Under the pieces are notes generated by a model that did no database searches, was not told where the DNA came from, and worked only from the letters and a program-made list of their open reading frames with translations. A stretch of 64,000 nt of DNA from Neocallimastix sp. 'constans' (Eukaryota): positions 62,001-126,000 of the forward strand of contig JBODTK010000106.1 of NCBI GenBank assembly GCA_050613775.1, given 5' to 3'. The position numbers were made by a program, and so were the translations under genes. Positions 24,285-37,450 of the stretch are shown here, in pieces (position 1 is the stretch's first letter; every line of letters begins with the position of its first letter).

Positions 24285-25328
24285 GTTTATTGAAAATATT
24301 ATTTTGTTAAATTTTATTATAAATTATTTTACCAATCAAATTATTAGTTTTGATTTTATTTTGATATAAAAACATGTAGTTTAAAATTAGTTTAATAATT
24401 TCGAGGTTTCATTAACATTAAACATTAAATAAATAAATAAATAAATAAATATCTTGATAAAATAAATGATTTGTTAAATAATATTTTAATATTTAAAGTG
24501 TTTTTCAATATTTTACATTTATTTGTTTATTTAAGTTAATACACCAACCTGGTGATTAACCTAAATCGTTACAAAGTTAAAAATATAAGAAAGTCAAAAA
24601 CGCCTTGTTCAAGCATCTCAAATTCAGCAAAGAATAATGAACCATTCGATAAAACAACATTTAAAAGTGCAATCTGATCGTTAATCTATCTAGCCAGGTG
24701 TACCCGTCCAGATATTACTTACGCTGTAGGAAAGATTGCTAGAAATTCTGAGAATCCTACCATAGCTGATTGGAAAATGGTAATAAATATATTAAAATAC
24801 TTAAATTATACTAAATACTACAAAATTAAATATAAAGGACAGGGGGAAATTATGGCATATACTGATGCTGACTACGCTGGTGACCCAAAAGATAGGAAAT
24901 CTACTTCGGGGTATATAATATCAATGAATAATGATCCAATATGTTGGCAATCCAAGAAACAAACAGTAATTGCCACATCTACCGCGGAAGCTGAATACAT
25001 TGCTACCGCTGAATGTACTAAAAAGGTTTTATGGATCCGAAATATTTTATATGAAATATTCAACATTAAAAAACCAATAAAAATATTCACTGATAACTTA
25101 GCAAGTAAAACGACAATAGAAAACGGTGAACTCAACAATAAATTAAAACATATAGAAATAAAATTTTACTTCAATAAAGATAATATCAAAAATAACAGAA
25201 TAAAATTAGAATACATCAATACCGAAAGGATGTTGGCCGATCCATTAACAAAAGATTTTAATGGACCAAAAATGACTAAGTTTACAAACCAAATCTTTGA
25301 CAAGCAAACATTCTGGTCTGAGGGGGAA

Positions 25329-25586
25329 TGTTAGAATACAAAGAAAAATATATTAAATTTATATTAAAATAATTTATGTGTATTAAATAAATTAAAAGAT
25401 ATTTTTATAATACAACGAACTCGTTGTTAAGCTAATACAATGAAATATATTATGTAATAATTTCTCGTTATATTTTTATTTAGCCACAAATAGTATAAAT
25501 ACAAATGTAATCTCATAAATTTTAAAAATCAAGTAATTACTCATATTAAATAAATAAACTTTAATCAATAAAATATTTTATAAACA
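25329..25586 (+). repeat. Copia 3' LTR
   Basis: Follows the PPT and matches the 5' LTR. Confidence 0.93.
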
Positions 25587-26429
25587 AAATATATATATAT
25601 ATAGAGATTATAATTATTATTTTTAAATATTTTCTTCAGTAAAATAAAATCTTTATTATACATATAATAATAATATTTTTTATTCAAAAGCGATAAAGAT
25701 AAAAGAATATAGTAAAAATTTAATATATATTTTGATAAAAGTATATAGTAAAAATTTATTATATATTTTAAGTAATATTAAAAATTTGAAATTACTATTA
25801 TTTATGTATAATTCAAGAAATAAGTTTTGTGATACATTATACGTTATACATTTTTTATTACATTTTAATATGTGGAAGAAGCAATTTTATAAATTAAATC
25901 TTTAAATTTTAAATATTCAATTCAACTATAATAATTAACATTATTGGTTGAAGTTTTATTAATTAATAATATTAAAATAGTGGTAGAAATGAAAGTAATA
26001 TTTAATTTTTTTGTTTTTGGAATTAAAAATATTTTAATTTATTATATGCAATAATATTAAATAAATTGACTACTGATTTGATTGACCAATCATATCTATT
26101 TGGCTTTTTATATTTTTATATTTATACGATTAAATAAAGAAAGACCCAATATAAATGTAGAATGATACGTTTTTATATATACATTTATCATAAGCCATAT
26201 ATATTACAGTTTTTATATTCCTTGGTTCTTAATTTAAGAATAAGTAATTCTTAATAATTAGAAGTATTTCTTTACTATTTTATTTTAATTATATTTTACT
26301 ATATGTTATTATTTACTAAAAAAAAAATAGAATTATGAAAATATTTAGATTAGTGGATAATAAATAATTATTTCACACTATTAAATATATTTAAAACAAT
26401 TTTTAAAATAATTAATGAAGAAAATTATA

Positions 26430-26466
<37 letters not shown>

Positions 26467-26628
26467 TTTCAAAATATTGCTTTATTTTGAATATATTAGA
26501 ATATAAGAAAAATCTTTAATATTTTATTATAAAACGTTTTTTACATTTTTTATTGCAATAAGAAAAATTTTCAAACAGCATTCTTTTATATATATGTTTA
26601 TTAAATTTAAGAAGTACATATATTTACA

Positions 26629-26719
<91 letters not shown>

Positions 26720-26721
26720 AT
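26629..26721. repeat. (TAAA)n microsatellite
   Basis: Direct observation. Confidence 0.9.
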
Positions 26722-28001
26722 ACGTACTAATTAATGTAGTATTTATTTTTTGTTTTATATTTGATTAAATTATTTAAAATTATTATATATAATGATATAT
26801 TTAAAACATTGACATTTTAATTGCTAAATTTGATTAATATATACTATTACTATTACTTGAAATATGATCAAATTGATATGAACAAACTAGTAACAAGTAA
26901 AAAAAAAAAATCAGATTATGAAATAAATTATAATGAAATATAATATAAAATATAATATAATAAATTTTAGTACTAATATATAAATAATAATTATTATTAA
27001 TAAGTATTAATTTTTTTTAATAATTATTATAAATTTTATTCACATTTATTAATAATTTTTTTTTTTTCTATTTTTAAATTTTAAATATTTTTTTATATAA
27101 TAATTTATTTATTTAAAGAAATATATATAGATATTATTTCTTTATATTAACTAATTTTATTTGTATTGATTTATCTCTTCTTTGTTTTTTATTAAAAATA
27201 CGTTTTTATGTATGTAAAATATAAATTTTAGCTTAATATTCATAAACACCATTTAAATAGGAATTTTCATAATAATTTAAAAAGTTGTTTACGATGAAAT
27301 AATTGAATTATATAAATGTAGATGAAAAAATATGATGATGGCTGTATACAATAATAATACAACAAAACTAAGCTAAATAAAAATATAAATTTTAAAAAAA
27401 TTATTTTTTTTGATTAAGATTTATGATAAACTTTCGAATAATACAACCAAATTTATAAAATATTATTTATTTAATAAATAAATTGATGATAAATTTATTT
27501 CAAAAAATGAATTCTTTTAAAAATTTAAATTAGAATATGAATAGAAACAAAATAATTAATTTGAAATGATGTAAAATAGATATAATATTAAAATATTAAA
27601 ATATACTATGAGTAGATATTATATATTGAAATTAATAAAAAATAAACAAAAAATAATTTAAAAGAAGTATTTTTATTTTTTTTTAAAAAATAAACAAAGA
27701 AATAAATAAATAAATAAATAAATAAATAAATGTGAAGAATTAAGACTTCTTTCAAAGTTAATAAAAATATAAAAATAAATATACAAAATTTTAAGTATAA
27801 ATATATTTTATTAAGTAACGATTAGCAAATAGATTATACATAATAATAGTTTTCATTAATAACTTCTGGATGAATAAAAACCAAAAATTATATTATAAAG
27901 ATAAATATATTTATTATTAGTACTAAATATTTATTCTTTTTTTTTTTTTTTTTTTTTTTAATTTTATAGTTATTTTTATTTCTTATTTATAATATATAAA
28001 A

Positions 28002-30161
28002 ATGGCTTCTGGCTTAGAACAAACCAATGATTTGTCCAATGATTGTAAAAGTTTATATGTTGGAAATCTTGGTTAGTGTAAAATAGATTATTATTGTTTT
28101 AATTGTAATTAATAATATATATTATGATTTGTTATTCCCGAATTATTAATATTTTATTAATATAAAATATTATTAAAAATTTAACAAAAATAAATGGCTT
28201 TTTTATAAAAAATTTATATCGAAAATTTATATTAAATAAAGATCCAAGAGTTACAAATGAAGTTTTACAACAAATTTTTTCATCAGTAAATGGTGATGAA
28301 GTTCTTAGTGTTAAAATTATTATCGACAAGAATGTTAGTATATGAATATATAAACATAATTTTTTGAAATAAATCTTTATTAATCAAAAATTTCTATTGA
28401 TTTATAATATAAAGTATACTCATGGTGGTTTAAATTATGGTTTTGTCGAATATGGTAATCATCGTGCCGCTGAATTTGCTTTACAAGCCTTAAATGGTAG
28501 AAAAGTTATGGATTCTGTAAGTATAATTAAAAATGAAATTTTATTAATTTTTTTTGAATTAATTTATAATATTTTATTTTAATTTTATTAAAAAGGAAAT
28601 TAGAGTTAATTGGGCCTTTGCCGGTTCAAACAGTCATAAGGAGGATACATCAAACCATTACCATATTTTTGTTGGTGATCTTAGCCCAGAAGTTAATGAT
28701 ACTAATTTAGCTAAAGCTTTTAGTGCTTTCAGTAGTTTATCGTAGGTTTTTTTATTGTTAAAAAAAAGAATTAATAATAAATTATTAAATTATTTTAAAT
28801 AATAAAAAAATTAATAGTGATGCAAGAGTAATGTGGGATGTTAATTCTGGAAAGTCTAGAGGTTATGGTTTTGTTGCTTTCCGTGATAAAGCTGTAAGTT
28901 TAATCTTATAATATATATTTCTTATTGTATATTATGAATTAAAAGTTAAATGTATTAAATATAAAAAGGATGCTGAACAAGCAATTTCAACTATGAATGG
29001 TGAATGGTTAGGTAATCGTCAAATTCGTGTTAATTGGGCAAACCAAAAGGGTATAAACGCTGGTCAAAATGACAACATGAACAATCAAAATGGTAAGAAT
29101 ATAATATATATAATGAAGAAAGCAATAGAGAAATCATTATATTAATATTGAATTTATTTTTTATTATATTTTACTTTTTTATGTAAATGATATATTATTT
29201 TTAAGGCCAACCATTAACTTATGAAGCTGTAGCTAATCAATCCTCATACTATAATACAACAGTTTATGTCGGTAATTTCCCACCAAGTACAACTCGTATG
29301 TATATAGTATAAATATAAATATAAAGAAGAAACTGAATCATTTTAGTTCTTATTAAAATATATCTATTTATTAATTAAAAAAAAAAAAAGAGGATGATCT
29401 TTTACCTCTTTTCCAAAGATTTGGATATATTGTTAATATTCGTGTTCAAGCTGATAGGGGATATGCATTTATTAAGTATGTTGATTATTAAAAATTCTAT
29501 TATAATATATGTATATATAAAATTTATTTGCATTGTTTTGTTTATAAATAGAAAAAATAATAATAATAAAAAAATATTAATTTGAATTAGGTTTGATACT
29601 CATGAAAATGCCACTAGTGCTATTGTTGCTTTAAATGGTACTATGATTAAAGGTCGTCCAGCTAAGGTATTTAGAAATGATATCTATTTACTATAATATA
29701 AACAATAAATTAGTATGTATATTTTTTTAATTAAAAAAAATGATAAATATAAAATATATAAATTATCGAAATAGTGTTCATGGGGTAAAGATAAAGGTCC
29801 AGATCCATACTATCAAAATGCTGCACCTCCACAATACATGTATCCAATGGCAACTGGATATCCATATTATCCAAATCCAGCAATGGGCATGAACGGAATG
29901 ATGGCTGATACAACATCCACTAATACATATTATTATGGTGGTAATATGGATCAATCAAGAACTGATGGTAATGATGTTAATCAAAATTCAAATGATCAAA
30001 ATAATAAACGTTCTTCTCTTAATGCTGGCTCAAATATTTCTGGCATGATGAATAATAATGCAAATAATGCTCCACCAACGACAAGTGGTTATGAACAATA
30101 CAATAGAAGTGCTGGATATTCTTATGATCAATATTATAATGGTGGTCATTATTTTGGATAA
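28002..30161 (+). CDS. PUB1: Pub1/TIA-1-like triple-RRM RNA-binding protein with N/G/Y-rich C-terminal tail, multi-exon
   Basis: Exons read [106 protein letters not shown]. Confidence 0.88.
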
Positions 30162-30524
30162 ATGGATATTAAATAATTAGATTATATATATTTTAATTTT
30201 TAATATCTTTTTTTTTTTTATAATTCAAATTTTTTTATTTTTATATAAATCAATATATAAAATCTTTCATTTTCTTTGATTTTATTTAAATTTTAAATTT
30301 AAAATTTTATATTATTTTAATTACTTCATTACAATTTCTTTAAACATTAAAATTTTTTTTTATTTTTTTATTTTTTTTTTATTTTTATTATTATTTTATA
30401 TATTATATTTTAATTTTTGAAATATGTGATATAATATTTTTTTATAAAAGAATTTAATTAAAAGGAAGCAAAAAGTAGAATAAAGCAAGATAGAAAATAT
30501 GAACAAATCAGAAATTAATACATT

Positions 30525-30574
<50 letters not shown>

Positions 30575-30755
30575 GATAGGAAAAAATATTACACGCAGAT
30601 TAAAAATATAAATTATTAAATATAGTTAAAGGTAAAAGAAAAAAGATTTTTTTTAAATAATTTAAAATATAAATAAAAGAAAATAAATTGGGATTATTTG
30701 ATTTTTTTTTATATATTAATCTTATTTATATATATCTATGTTCTTTTTTATTTTA

Positions 30756-30811
<56 letters not shown>

Positions 30812-31278
30812 ATTTACTTTAATTACTCATATACAAAAATGTTTATTAGATATTTTTTTAAAACATTTATTATATTAAATTTTATTATAATAAAATAATA
30901 ATAATAATTATATAATAAAATAATAAAAATAATAAAAAATTATAAAAATAAAAGTTATAAATATAAAAAAAATAATGAGTAAAAATTAATTTTAGAGTAA
31001 AAAAAAATAATATTAATAAAAAAATAAGATGAAGAATAATGAAATAATGTCATTTTCTTTATCAAAATAAATTAGAAATAAAATAAATAAAATAATATAA
31101 AAATAAGAAATATTAATAAGTTAAAAATGCATATATTAATATATTTAAAATGAATAAATAAAAAAATTAATAAAGGATATATTAAATAAAATTCTTTTAT
31201 TGTTAATATATTTATATTTTTTATTATTTTGTTATTAATATAAATTTTCTTTTATACAAATATATATATATATATATA

Positions 31279-32410
31279 AATGCGTATAAAACTTCATCAA
31301 ATTTAAAAACCAATACTATTATTTATATGTCCAAGGAAGTATTTATACCTTCTATAACTAGTTTCTGTATTAAGGCATTTATTCTATGCTTTAAAAAGTG
31401 GAAAGAGTCTTCTTGTATTTTTTTTCATATAGTTAACAATATACCAACAATTTCACATTATTTATGGACGAAAAAAGCACGAAAATTAACAATACGCAAA
31501 CACAAAAATAAAATTTCTGGAAAAATACGGAAATTTTACTGGGAAAATGTTCATTTTTCAAGTACTCTTGCGATTAAACCGATTATATTCAAGATATTTA
31601 GATTTGGTTTTAAAAATTTTATTCAACGTCTATCTCTAAATTATTAATAATTTTCTCTTGAATTTTTTTTTTGGATTGGATGAATTAAATATGGATTCAA
31701 AATTGATGTGAAACCTTATGTAAAAAGCAAACTGGTATCAGAAGATTGCCCAACATGTTGCACTTGTTATGGTGAAAGTAATAGCATACTTAGTTTTATA
31801 TACTGGATACTTCTATTTCCTAAATTTAAGGAATTTGAGCAACAATTCATTTAATTTGTTGATGAAATTTTTTTTTATTTTTTCTCTAATTGTTCATGAG
31901 AAATCTTTGAATATTCCTGACGGCAAAGTGGAAGATTTTAATGATAATATTGATTTTACATATTGTGTCTCCTTCTAGACTGAAATGCTGTATATGAAAT
32001 CTTTAAGATCGGCTAGGGGGAAAGAAGATGTTTTATTGGTGAGATCTTACAATCACCTTCTAAAGAGTCTTCTTTCCAGATTTCATATTTTGTGGGGCTT
32101 GCGGAATTCATATCTAATATTATACCTATTATAATTAGTGATTTTTACACTATGATCAATTTGTATACCATTAGACGTACCATTATCAAGAGTGTTGACG
32201 TCGAAACAATAGGACAAAGAAGAAATTTTGATACAGATTTAAATGATAACTTTTATCTACATGGAGTTATTATCAATGAATGGGAAGAATTAGAGGCCAT
32301 TTCGTCCTCGAAACTCATAACGGTATTTTTTTAGATATTTATGTAAAGATTTCATATTTTTTTTTTAATAAATATTATTAAGCAAAGTTTATTTCTAATC
32401 CAAAAAGAAA
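31279..32410 (+). mobile_element. Decayed 3' part of a LINE, relative of the intact element
   Basis: Fragments RKFYWEN, SEDCPTCC, GLAEFISNIIP..KSVDVE..IINEWEELEAI match the C-terminus of ORF 6205-10182. Confidence 0.85.
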
Positions 32411-34237
32411 TAAAGAAAAATTTGAAAATTCAACTAATAGTTATATTTCAAAATTAAATCTATTAAATATTTTTTTCTTTGAAATTAATTAAAAATGAAT
32501 GAATGAACAGATAAATAAGTATAAATCAATTTTTTTTTTTTTAGACTAGAAATAATAAGTAAATTAAATAATATAATATAAAATTATTATATATAAATGG
32601 AATTAATTTCAATTTTTTCTTTTTGAAGTTTTTTATTTCTCTGACATTATTATATCAATATTATATTATTTGCTCTTAAGAAATACAGGATCTTAAACTA
32701 TTTATAAACGATATTAGAAATAGTAAAAATAATATTAAAGTGACATAAATTATTTTCGAATGATGGAAATAAAGATAAAATACTGACAAGCTTAAATGAA
32801 ATTTCAATAATATAACAATAACAATATTCTAGGGAATTCAATTTTAATTAAATTTATATTTATATTTTGTTTTTTTTAACATTTTAAATGTTTGTAATTA
32901 CTAAATAATGTATACGTTATACTATACATATGTGATATGTGATACATTTATATAAAATATTTTTTTTAAAATATTGATAATAAATTTTGTAATTTAGTAT
33001 TAATTAAAAGATATATTAAATCACTTAGACTATTAATTTTTTATAAATATTTATATTCTAAAATAAATTATTTACAAATGATAAATATATTGTAAATTTA
33101 TTAATATTATATATATCTCTTGATTTGTTATTTTTGTATTATATGAATAGCTTGTATATTTTTTTAAAAGTATTATACACAACATAAAAAAATATCAATA
33201 GTCCATTCAAAAATCTATGATATAAAAATTTTTGTGATTTAAACCTTATTTATTAATATAATTTTCGAATTTTTTTTATATTCTATTATTTATAATACAA
33301 TAAAAATTTTTTTTATAATTTTTTTTTTTTTTTAAATAGACCTTTCACTATTTATTTTAATCCTTTTATTAATAAAAATATATTTATTTTATTTTTAATT
33401 CTAATTTTTATTTCTCTTTTAATATTATATTTATTAGTATTGATAAACTGATATAATAATATATTATTTAAATGAAAGAGAAATAAAATAGAATAATAAA
33501 ATAAAAAAAAAAAAAAATAAATATACATATATATAAATTAACAATCAATGAAACAATAATAAATTAATAATATAAATTAACAATAAAATTATAAAATTTT
33601 AATTTATTAATTAACAATAAAAGAAAGGAAAAAAGAGAACGATTATAAATTTTATATTATTAATAAAAAATAATTAGGTAATAAATAGCAACATAAAAAT
33701 TTGTCAATAAAAATTAATAGATATAAATTATTATTTACTAATAATTTTATTATACATTAAATAATTTGTTTATTATTAAAACATATTTAACTATATGTAT
33801 ATCTTTTATTTATTTATAAGAAAAATAAATAAATAAATAAATAATAATAGGAGTAAATCTTTTATTATATTAATTAATTATTTTTTAAGACAAAAATATG
33901 TAAATAAATTATTTATATTCATATTCTTTCTTTAATAATTTAAAAAAAATTCTTTAATTAAAGATTTTTTTTTTTTATTTTTTTTATTTTTATTTTTATT
34001 TTTTATTTTTTAATATATATGTAACTAATATTAATAATTATTTAATGTTATATTTTCTAACTGAATTTGATTATAAATGTAATCCTAATTGTGTCGATTT
34101 ATTTTCATAATAAAATTTCAATTATTTACATTGCTACTACGTATAATTTGTATCAAAGTAAGATTAATAATATAAACATATAAATTCAAAATATAGAAAA
34201 TTATTTTATTTTAAATATATTGTTTAAAAAAAGGAAA

Positions 34238-35021
34238 ATGGGTAAAGGAAATAATTTAGAAACATTTCCTGAATTAAAATGGTCATATATTATTAATTCA
34301 GAAATTGTGTCACTTATTAATGTAATGAGAAAAAATCAAAGATGGAGTATATCAATTAGTAACATATTGGAAAGAAGTAATTCAAACATTTCTAAAAATC
34401 AAATCACAGCTTTATCTATTATGGGAGGAAAAAAATATTATGAAAATTTAATGAATGCTGAGGATATTTCAACAAATGTCAAATTCGAAAAAGTAAAAAT
34501 TTTTATTTAATAATTACAAAGTTTTGATGAAGAATATTAAAATTTTTAAAATTATAATATAAAATTTATTAATTAATACCCGTATATATAATTTATTATC
34601 ATTATCATTTTTAATTTTAAAAAGAATAGTAAATTATTACAAGATTTAATGAAATTACAAAACAGACTACCATATATTAATTGTAATTTAAAATATTTTC
34701 ATGTAATTTATTTTATACAAAATAATGCTTAAATATTTTAATATTTACGTAATTATTTAATATTAAACTTTTTAATTTAAAAGCTGTTAGTGAGCTAGAT
34801 CCATTTGAATTATTATATCCATTTTTAGAAATTATTAGAAGTGGTGAAACAACTGGTCCTATTACTGGTGCAGCACTTTCTAGTGTTGAAAATTTTATTA
34901 AATACGAAATAATAAGTAAAAAATTTTTAAATCAAACTAAACAATATAAATATATTATAAATAAGCATAAATGATTATATAAAATCCAAAAAGAGAAGGG
35001 TATTTTACATATTCTAATTAT

Positions 35022-35064
<43 letters not shown>

Positions 35065-37418
35065 TTTATTTAAAGATATAAAACATCCAAATTTATACTA
35101 TGCAATTTCAGCTTTAGTAACATCAGTTACTCATTGTAAATTTGAAGCTACAGATGTAGCATCAGATGAAGTCGTATTATCTCAAATTTTACGTTTATTA
35201 CAAATTACTGCTACAAGTAAAGCAGGTAAATATGGTCTTGATGATAAGGCTATTTGTGAAATGGTTGAAGCTGCATTTGGAATGTGTTTTCAAGTTAGAG
35301 TTAATGGTATATAAAAAATCTAATAATTAGTATAATTTTCATTAGTTAAAATTAAAACTAACTTAAGTCATAAAATATATAATTAGAATTATTACGTAGA
35401 TCAGCTGAACACACTCTTGTAGTTTTAATTCAAGTTGCATTTACAAGGTAATATATTAATATTAAATATTAATTTATTAATTACTAAATAAATATATAAA
35501 TTATTATTATTAATATTGCATTTAATTTTGTTGATATTATTAATTATTATGATTTAATCTTTAAATAATATAAAGATTAAGTAAAATAATATATTTAGAT
35601 AGTCAAATATTAAAGGAGACTCTTTTGATTAAACAGCAAGAACCGATAGTAGATAATAATGATACAAACAATGAACCATCTATTTTTAAATATGAAAAAA
35701 ATCAAAAAACTAGATCTTTATCTATTATTACTAATAAAATTAATGATACACATACCAAAAGACAAGTTCAACAATATCCAACTGAAAAAGTATTTTTAAT
35801 GGATACATCTTTAACAAAAGATGAAGAGCCATTATTAGAGCAAGAAAAAATGGAAGAAACATTTATTCCGTTTGGTAAACCAGCAATTTTAGAAACTTTA
35901 AGTGTTTTGGTTTCATTAGTAAATCCAAAAGATAAGAAACATACTGATACAATTCATAGAATTGTTGCTATTCGTTTATTAAATACGGTTTTGGAAGTTG
36001 GTGGTCAAAGTTTGAAAAAATGGATTGAAGTTGCCGAAAAAATTGAAAAAAATTTAAATTCTAGTTCAAAAAATAAACATCGTAAAAATTCATCTGTTCA
36101 AATTGATCCAAGAAAAGAATTAAAAATGTCATCTAACGCAGATAGTATTGTTGATGAAAAACAATTTGTACAAGTTGGTAATTTCAACATTAATGAAGAT
36201 CAAAATAAAGAAGAATCTATTGAAGCTAATGAAAATGGGGAAAGTCCAAATTCCTCTAATGGAAATTTAATTAAAGTTAATGATAGTAATAAAGACCTTC
36301 AAGATACTTCATCATCAATTGAAAACCAACCTGAAGTTGGATCTACTGAATCATTTGAAAACTTATTAAGTGAAGAAGAATCAATGGCTTTAACTATTAA
36401 GGATCTTTTATTAAATGAATTATTCAAACATCTATTCCTCTTGATTCGTATGGAATCGTTAACATTCGCTTCACCACCATCATCAAACACTTTATCACTT
36501 TTATCTGCATCCCTTAGATTGATTATTGCCTTATTCCAAATTTTCCATGGCCACTTAAAGCATCAATTAGAATTCTTTATGATTTATATTATGAATCAAA
36601 TAGATTGTGGTGTTGTTGTTTGGGATTTAAACGAATTTATATATGATAATAAAAATAATTCTAAAAATCAGGAATCCACTGAAAATGAAGATGAAAATCA
36701 AGAAAATCAAGAAAATAAGATAACTACCCCAAATCAACAAAATTCTACAGAGGAAAATAAAAATAAGGGACCAAACGATAGCCAAGGATTTAATACATTA
36801 CAACAAAGAAACCAAAGACAACGTAATTCCAATTGGTCAATTGTTCCAGAAGTTCGTGAACTTTTCCTTCAATGTCTTCTTCAACTTGTTCAAATTCCAT
36901 CATTTATTGCAGATCTTTATGTTAATTATGATGGCTCAATTTCAAGTCAAAACAATCTTTTTGAAATTTTCATCTATTTCTTATCCAAACATGCTTTTCC
37001 AGATTGCACTCCTGGTGGTCCCGTTACTTCTTCAATTCATCAAATTTTATGTTTAGATGGATTATTAAGTTTTTTAAAGGGAATTGTTAATCGTAGTTGT
37101 AATAAGGAATATATGCCAAATGTCAGTGATGCTTTATACTTATCACCAGAATTATTATTAGAACATAAACAAAAGAAAGAAATATGGAAGGAAGGTGCTA
37201 GAAGATTTAATATTAAACCTAAAAAAGGTATTGAATTTTTACAACATCATAAATTCTTACCAACACCTATTGATTCTTATAGTTTAGCTGTATTTTTAAA
37301 AACTACTCCACAAGTAAATAAAAAGGCACTTGGTGAATTTATTGCAAAACCTGATAATGTTGATTTATTAACAGCTTTTATTAGTCTTTATGATTTTCAT
37401 AATGTAACTTCATTAATC

Positions 37419-37450
<32 letters not shown>

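Larger units (their letters stand above)
23238..24573 (+). mobile_element. Non-autonomous miniature LTR retrotransposon (TRIM-like) nested in the Copia RT
   Basis: Two 374-bp LTRs (23238-23611, 24200-24573; TGTAA...TTACA) identical by eye. 5-bp TSD AAGTT at 23233-23237 and 24574-24578. 588-bp non-coding interior. PPT-like GGAGGAGAG at 24188-24196. Removing the element restores the RT frame (LQKFKV|KNIRK). Confidence 0.95.
22365..25334 (+). pseudogene. Copia RT-RNaseH, disrupted
   Basis: Frame shifted by -1 relative to ORF1 (ETPLSYKQAI..WIEAMNSE, YKARLVARGF, QLDIKAAYL, YVDD, YTDAD..RKSTSG, ADPLTK). In-frame stops at 22881 (GY*LLRKALYGLKQ) and ~24675 (SAI*SLIYL), plus the insertion at 23238-24573. 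Confidence 0.9.
19033..25586 (+). mobile_element. Ty1/Copia LTR retrotransposon, near complete but inactivated and interrupted by a nested element
   Basis: LTRs 19033-19291 and 25329-25586 (TG..CA; by eye one substitution and one 1-nt indel apart). PBS 19294-19314, PPT GAGGGGGAA 25320-25328. Domain order gag-PR-IN-RT-RH. Confidence 0.95.

Noticed and set aside
32530..32640. Very short minus-strand LINE 3' end (T-run followed by AGACTAGA)
   Set aside because: It resembles the LINE tail for only a few bases, and no TSD was found.
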